Source: Methanomassiliicoccaceae archaeon (GTDB taxonomy: Archaea > Thermoplasmatota > Thermoplasmata > Methanomassiliicoccales > UBA472). From it: 64,000 nt of DNA. This document shows, piece by piece, positions 50,938 to 60,758 of the stretch. The stretch spans positions 145,273-209,272 of the forward strand of contig CAWDXN010000004.1 of the NCBI GenBank assembly GCA_963806355.1. The letters are read 5' to 3'. Position 1 is the stretch's first letter. Every line of letters begins with the position of its first letter. Under the pieces are notes generated by a model. The model saw only the letters and a list, made by a program, of their open reading frames with translations, made no database searches and had not been told where the DNA came from. Both the position numbers and the translations under genes were made by a program.

Positions 50938-52111
50938 GGGACCTCCCTGCCATCGAGACCGAGGTCGTTGTCATAGGCCACGGTGCCACCGGGCTCTTCG
51001 CCGCGATCGAACTGGCCAGCACTGGTCATGAGGTATTGCTGGTAGGGAACGGCACGCCGAGCAGCGAGATGTCCACTGGTTGCATATCCTTCCCTGAGGA
51101 GGCGGAGTGGTGGAGGGGGCTCGGATTGGACGATGGGTTGATGCAGGATGCCTCCGACAGGGTGGACCAAGGGATACAGAAGGCCCTGACCGTTGGACCG
51201 TGCACCTGGGAGGGCACCTCCGAGAAGAGGATGGCACTTGTCACGAACTTAGGCACGATCATTAGGACCAACTATGCGCCGTCCACCTCATCCAGACACG
51301 ACATCATTGCCATTCGAGGTGCGAAGGTGGCGACCCTAGGGTTCCATGGGAACAAGGACCTCGACCCTGGCCTTTTCAACAATATGCTAAGGAGCGAGGC
51401 GGGGGTGGAAGCATCATCATCCTGGGCCGCTCCCGTGCCGGCAGAACCTCATCGCCCTCACATCGAGATGAACCATGGGATCAGGCATTCCCATGATGCT
51501 TTTTCAGAGGTCACTCCAAGGGATCGATGCCGATATGGTGATGCTCCCGCCATTCACGCAAAGGGGAGGTCACGACAGGGCCTGGAGGGATCTTGCGGAC
51601 GAGGTGGGCAAGCGACTTTGCGAGGTCATCACCCCTCTTTCCCTACCCGGCCGCTCTCTTGTGGATTCGTTCGGGAGGGCAGCACTTCGAGGCTGGAGCA
51701 AGGGACCTGAACGGAACGCTCCTGGAAAAGATCGATCTGAGGGATGACGATGTGATCGCCCTTTGCCGGTCCGGATTGAGGCGGGTCGAGGTCCGGGCCG
51801 CGATGATGTTGTTCTGCGGCGGGAATGCGGTCGGGGGCGGTCTGGACATCCAGGGTCGTGACGTCATCGATCCCCTATCGTTCTTCGACATCAGGAACGG
51901 TGCCGCAGGCTCATCGAATTTTGACATGGCGACGCACTCTGGCATAGCCTGCGATCCCTACTTCCGGTCGGTCAGGAAAGGAGCGAGGATGGACAAGGTG
52001 CTGGTCGCTGGAGCGGCGCTGCCCGGTTTGAACTTCGCCAACGGATACGGGCTCGGGGCCTGCCTGACGACCGCCTTGGCCGCCTGCCGTGCCATCGAGG
52101 AGGCGCTCTGA
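50928..52111 (+). CDS. glpB: anaerobic glycerol-3-phosphate dehydrogenase subunit B (two apparent frameshifts, about 51475 and 51665)
   Basis: VVVIGHGATGLFAAIELA (FAD fold) at the N-terminus. Reading spans ORFs 50928..51710, 51475..51747 and 51593..52111. Position between glpA and glpC, with overlapping junctions. Confidence 0.7.
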
Positions 52112-53158
52112 TGCCGGGAACGGACCGTTGCGTGAAGTGCAGCAGCTGCGTCCGCGCCTGCCCCGTGGTGGCCGAGATCGGGGAGATGACATTCCCCGGG
52201 CCCCGCACCGTCGCCGTGGACGCGCCTCGCTTCGGTCCTTCCAGCGTTGCCATAGCGGAGGTGGCCTGGCTCTGCTCCATGTGCGAGCGTTGCGCAGAGG
52301 CCTGCCCTTCCCGCATAGGGCTTCCCAAGGCGATGTTGGACCTGAGGACGTCCCTCTATCCGAACGTCAGGGTCCGCCCTGGCCATGAACGGTTATTGGA
52401 CAACATCGACCGTTATGGACTGTCGATCGAACCGGTTCGAAAGGTCGGCGAGGGAGTCCATGCCTAAGGCCAAGATCGCCTATTTCCCTGGCTGCATCGC
52501 CTCGCAGCGCGAGGTGGAGACCATGGAATGCTCCTTGGGACTGCTGGAGGCAGCTGGAGCCGAGGTCGAGGTGCCAAGCGGGTTGGTCTGCTGCGGGTCG
52601 CCCCTGGCCAAGCTCGGTGACGAACGCAGGCGCGGGCGGCTCATGGATGCCAACCTGAAGATACTGGAGAGATACGACCAGGTGGTCACCTCCTGCCCCG
52701 GTTGCACGGTCCAGTTGGTGGAAGGATATGGCTTGGAGGCTTTGCACATCACCGAGTTCCTCACCGAGGTCACCGGGACCAAAGGGATGAGGTTCAGACC
52801 TGGTTCACAGACCATTCGCCTGGCCGTGCATCATGCCTGCCATCTGTCCCGCGGCGTGGGGCCCCACACCAAGGAAAGGACGTATGAGCTGTTATCGGAA
52901 GTGCCAGGCATCGAACTGGTATCGACCGGGGACGAGACGGTGTGCTGCGGCGCCGGCGGGTCGCTGCTCTCCGGCTACCCGGACGTGGCGGGCCGCATGG
53001 CCGCCCGCAAGGTCGATAACGCCATCTCCTGTGGCGCACAGATGATCACCGCCGCCTGCCCCTTCTGCGCCGTGAACCTGCGCCGACCAGGAGGGATCGA
53101 GGTGATGGAGTTGACCCAGCTCATCTCCTCCAGGCTGAGATTCCCAGGGCAACACTAA
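52111..53158 (+). CDS. glpC: anaerobic glycerol-3-phosphate dehydrogenase subunit C (Fe-S + CCG domains); split into ORFs 52111..52467 and 52458..53158
   Basis: CVKCSSCVRACP and CSMCERCAEACP, then YFPGC...CCG...CPGC and HHAC...CCGAGG...CPFC (two CCG domains). The junction has ATG 52458 just before TAA 52465-52467, so it is either a frameshift or a genuine split. Confidence 0.8.
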
Positions 53159-53187
53159 AATAGCTCCAGATATTCTTTGGCAGCAGA

Positions 53188-53401
53188 ATGAACGAGAATC
53201 CTCTCTGTTGTACCTGCCTGCACCGGGAGAGACCGGCCCGAGCTCGGACTGGGCGGGAAGTTGATCTATTGCCGGAAGAAGGAGATGGTGGTCAGCCCAA
53301 AGCTGAAATGCGACATATACTCCCGCGCCACCAAACAATCCATCAAAGAGCTGGAACGCTCCCTTTACGGCGTCATCCAGGAAGGAGAGGGCGAGTACTA
53401 G
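53188..53401 (+). CDS. small Cys-rich (zinc-ribbon-like) protein, one apparent frameshift near 53230
   Basis: MNENPLCCTCLH..., then ...DRPELGLGGKLIYCRKKEMVVSPKLKCDIYSRATKQSIKELERSLYGVIQEGEGEY with TAG 53399-53401. Confidence 0.35.
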
Positions 53402-54084
53402 TGCCATTCTAGCAACGGGTGGGCATGCCCGTTGCCGTTCGCCCTGATCTCGAAGGGGACCCATTGGTTGGCCAAGGGCACACCCCTCATATGCCGCACC
53501 CTCATCATGCGGTTCAGCTCATCATCGAAGCGCAGCTCGATGACCCCATCCGCGATCGCCATCAGGTGATTGACGGTCTTATCATCGTGCACACCGTCAT
53601 GGATGGAGAAGATGGCTGTGCCGAACTCGTTCCTCACCCTTGAAGCGGATATCTGGAAGAACTTCAATACCACATTGGCCTGGTTGTACAGGAACAAAGT
53701 GGACAGGGTATAGAAGAAGATGCGCACCGGCTTGCCCTGCTCGTGCGCTATGCTGGAAACATTGAACATTATACCCTCGATGTCGCCGGCGGACCGGACC
53801 TCTTGGCGCGGATAGGACTTCTTCTCCTCCAAGGAACCGAGCAGACTGGTATGGTAATCGATGATGAACAGGTTCTTGCCCAGCGACTCGTCGAGCTTGA
53901 TGTCGAAACCCTTCATGAGGTCTATCAGGTCCCCGGGCAACATGTCCATGGTGACGAAGATCACCGTCTCTCCCGCATCGAGATAGTCCTTTGCCAGACT
54001 GACCTCGAACTCCAACATGCCGATGCCTGGGCTGCCGATCATGAGCACGGAACAGAGGTCCGGTAACGAGGCCTTGAGCAACAT
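53398..54084 (-). CDS. KaiC/RecA-superfamily ATPase-like protein with degenerate Walker A
   Basis: Intact 228 aa. The P-loop position reads GSPGIGMLEF (no GK[ST]). Overall single KaiC-like domain pattern (...LFIIDYHT..., ...VIELRFDD...MRVRHMRG). Confidence 0.65.
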   Translation of the reverse strand: MLLKASLPDLCSVLMIGSPGIGMLEFEVSLAKDYLDAGETVIFVTMDMLPGDLIDLMKGFDIKLDESLGKNLFIIDYHTSLLGSLEEKKSYPRQEVRSAGDIEGIMFNVSSIAHEQGKPVRIFFYTLSTLFLYNQANVVLKFFQISASRVRNEFGTAIFSIHDGVHDDKTVNHLMAIADGVIELRFDDELNRMMRVRHMRGVPLANQWVPFEIRANGNGHAHPLLEWH

Positions 54085-54088
54085 GGCA

Positions 54089-55576
54089 TCACACTATGGG
54101 GGTGAGCGAGAGCTTACCGCCTTGGCCGCGCTCCTCTATCGCCAACGCGTTGCATTCAGTGAATGGTTCCTCACCATACAGGACGACCGTGCCCCCCAGC
54201 CGCTCCACTTTCACATGGAGGTTGGCCAGATCGTTCAACTTGCGGACCGAATGGGAGGAGGGCGAGGTGATGGCCACGCACACCCCTTTCTGCCGCTTCA
54301 TCATCCCGACATGATCGGTGAGTTGGTCCATGACGTTCGGACCATAGGTGGATTCCAGGGTGTCGAAGCCCAGTAAGGATAGGAATGGAGCCTCGGTCCC
54401 GCTCAGGCTGTAGGAAATGTTCTTCCATTTGAGGTCCGCCCCTGCGTCGGTTCCCTCGACAGCCATTATGTACGGGGCCGAGACCTCTACTTGAGAGGCG
54501 ATCTCGGGTATGCGCACGAAGCGCTCGAACTGGTCCTTGGTCAGGGAGGACGACATCTGGGCGCGCATCGCCTCAGCGCCGGCCTTGCGCAAGGGCACCC
54601 ACACCACTCCACGCCCCAGAGCCACGAAGTTGGCCACCAGCGACTGTTCCAGCATGCCACCTACTGAAGAGGGCACGCTTTGGCCCAGCTCCACCAGGAC
54701 GGTGCTGCCCCGAGGCAGGCCGCCTGCGATGACGCGGTCCAGGTCCGTGATGCCGGAGGAGACCCTGCCGTCATTGTCCGGGACCGCTCTCCAGCCGTTC
54801 ATGGCCGGGGCATGCTGGTCCGCGCCGTAGGCGAAGGTCTGTATCCTTCCTCCTTTCAAAGTGAACAGGTATTTCGGCTGGGCGATCTCGCAACCCCTCA
54901 TCTTGAGGAGGTCGATCTCCCTGACACGGCGACGGTTGAACTCGCCGCGAGAGACTATGACCACGCCATCGCCCAGGTAATCTAGGCCCTGGTCGCTGTT
55001 CTCCAGCACATAGAGCAAATTAGCGCCCTTGCCTTCCACAAGGTCCTTCTGCAGGGCGGAGATGAGATTGGCATAGGTGAGCCCGTAACGGTCCGCCAGG
55101 GCATCGATGCTATCGATGACCACCAATAATCGACCTTCGCTGCCTTCCACCAACTTGTAGAGGTCCTCCAGATCCCCCAGGTCCTTGCCGATGGAGATGG
55201 TCATGACCTTCTTCTGGGGGTTCGATGGTTGGGCCCCAAGTCCCTTCAGCCTCGAAAGCCCGGACCGGTTCCCGTTGTTCCCGCTCTTGATCGCTCCCCC
55301 CACTAGCTTCTGCTCCAGCCAGGGGAAGTGGTTCAACAGGGCATGGTCGGAGACGCGAGTGGAGAAGTAGTAGCCCCGTTCCGTCGCTGCCAGGTCCTCG
55401 ATGACCTGCAGGGCGAAGGTGGTCTTTCCCGCCCCAGCGTTGCCCCTGATGATAAGCGAATGACCGCCTGGTGCCGTGAAGAAATGGTGCACCTCAGCAG
55501 GTATTCTCAATTTAGGTGCGGGGTCCATTTGATTACCTTCTCCCAATGATTCCTCACCCCCTTCTCTATTCAACAA
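54089..55576 (-). CDS. two-domain KaiC/RecA-superfamily ATPase (domain 1 with intact Walker A, domain 2 degenerate)
   Basis: Intact 495 aa (likely start MDPAPK at 55528). Domain 1 has GNAGAGKTTFALQ and VVIDSIDAL. Domain 2 has GGLPRGSTVLVELGQSVPSSVGG, lacking GK[ST]. Confidence 0.75.
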   Translation of the reverse strand: MLNREGGEESLGEGNQMDPAPKLRIPAEVHHFFTAPGGHSLIIRGNAGAGKTTFALQVIEDLAATERGYYFSTRVSDHALLNHFPWLEQKLVGGAIKSGNNGNRSGLSRLKGLGAQPSNPQKKVMTISIGKDLGDLEDLYKLVEGSEGRLLVVIDSIDALADRYGLTYANLISALQKDLVEGKGANLLYVLENSDQGLDYLGDGVVIVSRGEFNRRRVREIDLLKMRGCEIAQPKYLFTLKGGRIQTFAYGADQHAPAMNGWRAVPDNDGRVSSGITDLDRVIAGGLPRGSTVLVELGQSVPSSVGGMLEQSLVANFVALGRGVVWVPLRKAGAEAMRAQMSSSLTKDQFERFVRIPEIASQVEVSAPYIMAVEGTDAGADLKWKNISYSLSGTEAPFLSLLGFDTLESTYGPNVMDQLTDHVGMMKRQKGVCVAITSPSSHSVRKLNDLANLHVKVERLGGTVVLYGEEPFTECNALAIEERGQGGKLSLTPIV

Positions 55577-55684
55577 CCTTTTGTAGCAATTATCAAAACG
55601 GGGACTTACGCTCCTGTCTGGAATGTTATTTCCTATGAAAGGTTTATATCAAAAAATCGGGATGTTGAAAGGGAAGGGGATGCT

Positions 55685-56875
55685 ATGAAGGCCGTCATTC
55701 TGGCAGCAGGGGAAGGGACAAGATTGAGACCGTTCACGAACAGCCGCCCCAAGGTGATGCTGCCCATCGGTAACCGCCCCATCCTCGAGTATGTCGTTCA
55801 TGCGCTGGTGGCCAACGGCGTGCGCGACCTCATCCTTGTGGTCGGTTACAAGAAGGAGCGCATCATGTCCTATTTCGGGGACGGTTCCAGATTCGGGGCC
55901 AACATCAGCTACATGGTGCAGGACCGCCAGCTCGGCACCGCCCACGCCCTGACCTCCGTCAAGGACCTGGTGGACGACCGGTTCCTCGTGCTCTCGGGCG
56001 ACAACGTCATCGACAAAGAGATGGTTTCCACCCTGCTTTCATTGGGCGAAGGCAACTCGGTCCTGGTCACGGAGAGCAATGAGCCCTCCAAGTATGGCGT
56101 GGTGCTGCTCAAGGACGATCGTGTGGTGGCCATCGAGGAGAAGCCCCGGGACCGCATCGGCAACATCATAAACACCGGGCTATACAGTTTCGAACCTGAC
56201 ATCATCCCCATCATGGAGGCGGGCGTCAAGGTCGGCAATTATGGCATCACCCAGGTATTGAGCGCCCATGTGCCGGACATGAGACTACGGGCAGCTCTGG
56301 CCAAAGGGGAATGGGACGATGCGGTCTATCCATGGGACCTGGTGCGCCTCAACGAGATAGTGCTGGAGAGCCATGGCCAAGCCATCTCCGGGACGATCGA
56401 ACCAGGGGTCACCATCAAAGGGTCCGTGCAGATCGGCAAAGGCACGCGCGTCCGCTCGGGAACGTACATCGAGGGACCGGTCATCATCGGCGAAGGCTGC
56501 GACATCGGCCCTTCCAGCTGCATTTTCCCATCAACCAGCATCGGTGACGGCGTCTCCATCGAGCCCTTCGTGGCCATCAAGAACTGCGTCATCATGAACA
56601 ACATAGTCATCGGCGCGCATTCCCATCTCTGCCAGTCCGTTGTGGATGACAATGTGCGTCTGGGTCCCGGTTTCTCTTGCTATTGTGGCACCGCGTACGT
56701 GCGCATGGACGACGGATTCCATAACGTGCCTAAGATCGGCTGCATGATCGGGGACGAGAGCACCACCGGGGCAAGGGTGGTCATTTCGCCTGGTTGCATA
56801 ATTGGCCAAGGTTGCCGCATCGGAGATGGTGCCAAGGTCTCAACGAACGTGGAGAACAGGAGCATTGTGATCTGA
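55685..56875 (+). CDS. bifunctional sugar-1-phosphate nucleotidyltransferase / left-handed beta-helix acetyltransferase (GlmU-like)
   Basis: Intact 396 aa. AVILAAGEGTRLRP...PKVMLP at the N-terminus, and hexapeptide repeats (IGKGTRVRSGTYIEGPVIIGEGCDIGP...) at the C-terminus. Adjacent to glmS. Confidence 0.85.
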   Translation: MKAVILAAGEGTRLRPFTNSRPKVMLPIGNRPILEYVVHALVANGVRDLILVVGYKKERIMSYFGDGSRFGANISYMVQDRQLGTAHALTSVKDLVDDRFLVLSGDNVIDKEMVSTLLSLGEGNSVLVTESNEPSKYGVVLLKDDRVVAIEEKPRDRIGNIINTGLYSFEPDIIPIMEAGVKVGNYGITQVLSAHVPDMRLRAALAKGEWDDAVYPWDLVRLNEIVLESHGQAISGTIEPGVTIKGSVQIGKGTRVRSGTYIEGPVIIGEGCDIGPSSCIFPSTSIGDGVSIEPFVAIKNCVIMNNIVIGAHSHLCQSVVDDNVRLGPGFSCYCGTAYVRMDDGFHNVPKIGCMIGDESTTGARVVISPGCIIGQGCRIGDGAKVSTNVENRSIVI

Positions 56876-56876
56876 G

Positions 56877-58669
56877 ATGTGCGGCATCATCGGATATACC
56901 GGACAGAGGGAGGCCTCCGAGGTCATCCTGGACGCCCTGAGACGCCTGGAGTACCGCGGTTACGATTCCGCCGGCATCGCCATCATGAACCCTGAGCTCA
57001 CGCTGCATAAGAACAAGGGCGAGATCACCGAGATGCAGAGGACCCTGCCCCAGATAAACGGGCACGTGGGCATCGGGCACACCCGCTGGGCCACCTGCGG
57101 CAAGCCATCCAATGAGAACGCCCACCCGTTCCTGGATTGTCACGGACGCATCGCCCTGGTGCACAACGGCATCATCGAGAACTACATGGCCTTGAAGAAG
57201 CAGCTGCAGAACGAAGGTCACGTCTTCACCTCGCAGACCGACACCGAGGTCATCGTCCATCTGATCGAGAAGCATGACAAGGGCGATCTGCACCAGGCGG
57301 TGCGAGCGACCGTGGCGGAGATAAAAGGCACCTACGCCATCGCTGCATCGAGACAGGCTCTGAGCAAATCGTCGCCGCCAGGAAGGAGAACCCACTGGTG
57401 CTCGGCCTGGGCGTCGAGGAGAACTTCGTCGCCTCTGACGTCACCGCCATCCTGAGCTACACGAACAAGGTCAAGTACGTCATGGACGGGGAGACGGTGG
57501 TGATAACCCCTGAGAGAGTCACCATCTATGACCCGGACGGGGAGATGGTGGAGCGTACATCCCAGACGGTGACATGGAACGCGGAGGACGCCCAGAAGGG
57601 CGGTTTCGAGCATTTCATGCTCAAGGAGATATTCGAGGAGCCCCAGGCCATCCACAATTCCCTGCTGGGCGCCCTGGACGTCATCGAGAACGGCGAGATC
57701 CTGCCGAACGTCCAGTTCAATTCCATCAAGATCATCGCTTGCGGTACCTCCTACCATGCCGCCATGGTGGGCAAGTACGTCCTGGAGGAGTTGGCCAAGA
57801 TCCCGATCACGGTGGAGCTGGCCTCCGAGTACCGTTATTCGCCCGGGGCCAAGGAATTCCCCTTGGTGGTGCTGATATCCCAGAGCGGGGAGACCGCCGA
57901 CACGCTGGCCGCCGCCCGGGAGGCGAAGCGCCGGGGTTGCAAGACCTTGGGGATCACCAACGTGATCGGTACCACCATCACCCGCGAGGTGGACGAGGTG
58001 TTCTACACCCGGGCCGGACCGGAGATCGGCGTGGCCGCCACCAAGACCTACCTCACCCAGCTCATCGCGCTCTACATCATCGCCATCCGCATCGGATATG
58101 CGAGGCGCAACCTCAGCCACGACGCCATGTGGAACGAGCTCTCCAAGCTGCGGGCCATGCCCGGTGCGGTGCAAAGCGTGCTGGACAAGGCCTCCGAGGT
58201 AGAGGCGGCGGTGGACCTGTTGGTCCCCGCCCGGGACGTCTTCTTCATCGGGCGGAACATCAACTACCCGACCATGCTCGAGGGCGCCTTGAAGTTGAAG
58301 GAGATATCCTACATCCATGCCGAGGGCTTCGCCGCGGGCGAGCTGAAGCACGGCCCCCTCGCGCTTCTGGACAGCACCACGCCGGTGGTGGCCGTCGCCT
58401 TGACCAAGGATCACACCTACGACAAGATGATGGCCAACATATCCGAGGTGGCGGCCCGGGACAGCCCGGTGCTCGCCATCGGCTGCGAGGATGACAAGGA
58501 GCTGCCCCAGGTGGCCGATCTGGTCCTGAGGGTTCCATGCGTCGACCCGCTGTACTCGCCGGTGCTGGTGACGGTGGTGCTGCAGCTCATCGCGTACTAC
58601 GCCGCCCTGAAAAGAGGTTGCTCCATCGACAAGCCCAAGAACCTGGCCAAGAGCGTCACGGTGGAGTGA
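56877..58669 (+). CDS. glmS: glutamine--fructose-6-phosphate aminotransferase (one apparent frameshift near 57345)
   Basis: MCGIIGY (Ntn Cys), GHTRWAT, two SIS domains (ACGTSYHA, SQSGETADT) and C-terminal KPKNLAKSVTVE. Confidence 0.9.
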
Positions 58670-59653
58670 TCAGGCCAGGCGTTCTGGGCAGATGTCCCGG
58701 CGCGAGCAGGAGTGGCACTTGCCCGGCCGATTGTGGTTGCGATGGGCCTCGCCCTCCTCCAGCGTGCGGTGCATCTCCTCGACCTTCGTCAAAACGATCT
58801 GACGCAGGTTCTCGTCGAACTCCACATCGAACTCCGCCTCGGAATATTTCAACACACCGCGGTTGACCTTCTTGCCGGTGTGGTCCTCCAACAGCAGGCA
58901 ATAGGCCGCCACCTGCACGATGTGCGAGAAAAGCGGTCCCTTGGGGGTGCGCCCGCTCTTCATCTCCACGGGGACCAGCTCCCCGCCCTCTTGCAGCACG
59001 TAGTCCGGCTTCCCGCTCAGGCCGTAACGCTCGGAACGGTAGATCGGCGCCTCGTCGTTGCCAACATAGAGAACGTTGCCCTTGAGATGCATCTCCTGAC
59101 GTTTGATCTCCGCCCTGCGTTGCGCCGACAGAGACCAGTATAGGACGATCCCTGTGCCTATCAGCCAGATCAGGGCGAGAATGAGCATTATGTTGGAAAT
59201 TTGGGTCGGGACGTCCAAGACGATGATGAGGTTGAGGACGACGAAAAGGAGCACCACGCCCGCCACCGCCGCCGCCCGTTCCTTGCGAAGTTCCTTGGCA
59301 TGCTCCCCCCTTCCTGAGCGGTAGACGAGATAGAGGATGAGCGATATCCAGAGCACGGAGGGGATGGCGCTCAACCAGATGGACTCCTGAGCCAGGGTCT
59401 GGTTGACGATCAGTATGGCCACCAATGCCAGCATCGTGGCCACCAATGAGAACCAAAGCACCGCCCTCTCCCAGGACATCACCCTCTTCTCAGAATCTAT
59501 CACCTGTTGCAGATCGTTGGACAGGTCTCCATGTCGTCGCTCCCCCTCCTCCAATCGCTCCGATGTGGTGTCCTGGCTCCGGCTCAGCCACCAGCTCAAT
59601 GGGCAATAGCTGAAACGCTCCAGCTCGCTGGCCGAGAGGATCTCGGAAGCCAT
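58670..59653 (-). CDS. Cas4-family PD-(D/E)xK Fe-S nuclease-like protein with four inserted transmembrane helices
   Basis: Intact 327 aa. N-terminal Cys in FSYCPLSWW. Four hydrophobic ~20-aa segments (AVLWFSLVATMLALVAILIV, IWLSAIPSVLWISLILYLVY, AAVAGVVLLFVVLNLIIVL, IMLILALIWLIGTGIVLYW). Nuclease core GKPDYV...VPVEMKSG, QVAAYCLLLE and C-terminal CHSCSRRDIC. Confidence 0.7.
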   Translation of the reverse strand: MASEILSASELERFSYCPLSWWLSRSQDTTSERLEEGERRHGDLSNDLQQVIDSEKRVMSWERAVLWFSLVATMLALVAILIVNQTLAQESIWLSAIPSVLWISLILYLVYRSGRGEHAKELRKERAAAVAGVVLLFVVLNLIIVLDVPTQISNIMLILALIWLIGTGIVLYWSLSAQRRAEIKRQEMHLKGNVLYVGNDEAPIYRSERYGLSGKPDYVLQEGGELVPVEMKSGRTPKGPLFSHIVQVAAYCLLLEDHTGKKVNRGVLKYSEAEFDVEFDENLRQIVLTKVEEMHRTLEEGEAHRNHNRPGKCHSCSRRDICPERLA

Positions 59654-59704
59654 GCCCTAGGAATGCCCTGACCCTTATAATACGGTTCTCGGCCGGTTAT
59701 CAGC

Positions 59705-60475
59705 TCACTGCATGTAGTCGCAGCAGTGCTCCACCAGCGCCGAGTCCATGATGAAGATGCCCTCGGGGATCTCCACCTCTTCCAGGTAACCGAACCAATA
59801 GACGACCAGACCTTGGCCGAAGAGCTCCAGGTACGGGGCCAATTGCTTCTTGAGGTTCTTGTTGACCTCCACCTTGTCCCCGAAGGTGGCCTTGGACTCG
59901 ATCCAGTTCACTTCCCAGCCGTTGACGGTGACGGGCTTGTCGAAGAGGCAGTCCGGGGTCTTCTGGAACTCGCCACGGAGGTCCTTCTCTGTCCTGAAGG
60001 TGATGTTGTTCTCTGCTAGCCAGCCCTGCAGCTTGGCCTCGCCCCATATGCCCCTCTTGCACTGCACCTCGTTGGCCCAGGGCGAGTAGACGTAGTCGGC
60101 AGCGGTGATCTCCTCGATCTCCTTTCGCATCCTCCGGTCAGGGATGATCTCCGGATTGCGGACGAAGCTCCAGAACTGCTTGCGGGATTTCCCCATCTCC
60201 TTGAAGATGAGAAGTGCAGTGAGTATGGGGGAGAATTCCGCCTTCTCCGAGATCTGTAAAAGGGACTTGCCCTTCTCCCAATCCCGGACCATCTCCTTTC
60301 CGTAGCGTTGCACTCTGTAGAACGCCCGAGTGGTCTCTCTCACGGTCCTCTGGGTATAGATGACCGTGACAAGTTCCTCATCGAGACCAAGTTCCTGGGA
60401 AAGGATTTTGATGTCCGAGGGTCGGTTCAGACTATCGTAAATTTTTTTGAACTCATGATACTGCATTAAATTCAC
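59705..60475 (-). CDS. TPD-domain (C15orf41/CDIN1-like) PD-(D/E)xK nuclease-family protein
   Basis: Intact 256 aa. Helical, HTH-like N-terminal half. C-terminal EFQKTPDCLFDKPVTVNGWEVNWIESKATFGD carries the TPD motif and an E-x-K element. 51 nt upstream of the Cas4-like gene on the same strand. Confidence 0.6.
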   Translation of the reverse strand: MNLMQYHEFKKIYDSLNRPSDIKILSQELGLDEELVTVIYTQRTVRETTRAFYRVQRYGKEMVRDWEKGKSLLQISEKAEFSPILTALLIFKEMGKSRKQFWSFVRNPEIIPDRRMRKEIEEITAADYVYSPWANEVQCKRGIWGEAKLQGWLAENNITFRTEKDLRGEFQKTPDCLFDKPVTVNGWEVNWIESKATFGDKVEVNKNLKKQLAPYLELFGQGLVVYWFGYLEEVEIPEGIFIMDSALVEHCCDYMQ

Positions 60476-60758
60476 TCTATCGGATAGTTACAATCGCCAT
60501 GTAGAGAGAGGGCCACTATTTGAAAATATCGCCGGTTCTAAGCTATAGAACGAAGTGCTGGACATTTTTTGGTAGTAAGAACTTTATTATTATTTATTTT
60601 CAAATTAAATATTTGTTTCGACCTGTTCTCCATGTCCGATGAATTCCCATTCTGGTTCAACATCGTCGAACCTTGATGGAGATGGGGTCGGAGGCGTTCG
60701 TCTGTCCCACATAATCCTTCTTAGACGAGCTCGGAGGGTCGGACCCTATGGTTCACTC

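Noticed and set aside
57332-58414. 360-aa minus-strand ORF
   Set aside because: It is antisense to glmS, whose motifs are unambiguous. It is Gly/Arg/His/Leu/Asp-rich with no recognisable domain, so it is a GC-driven shadow ORF. The same reasoning applies to 14520..15398 (antisense to the DRG GTPase gene), 35837..36553 (antisense to glnA), 38977..39690 (antisense to aspS) and 7501..8004 (antisense to lysK).
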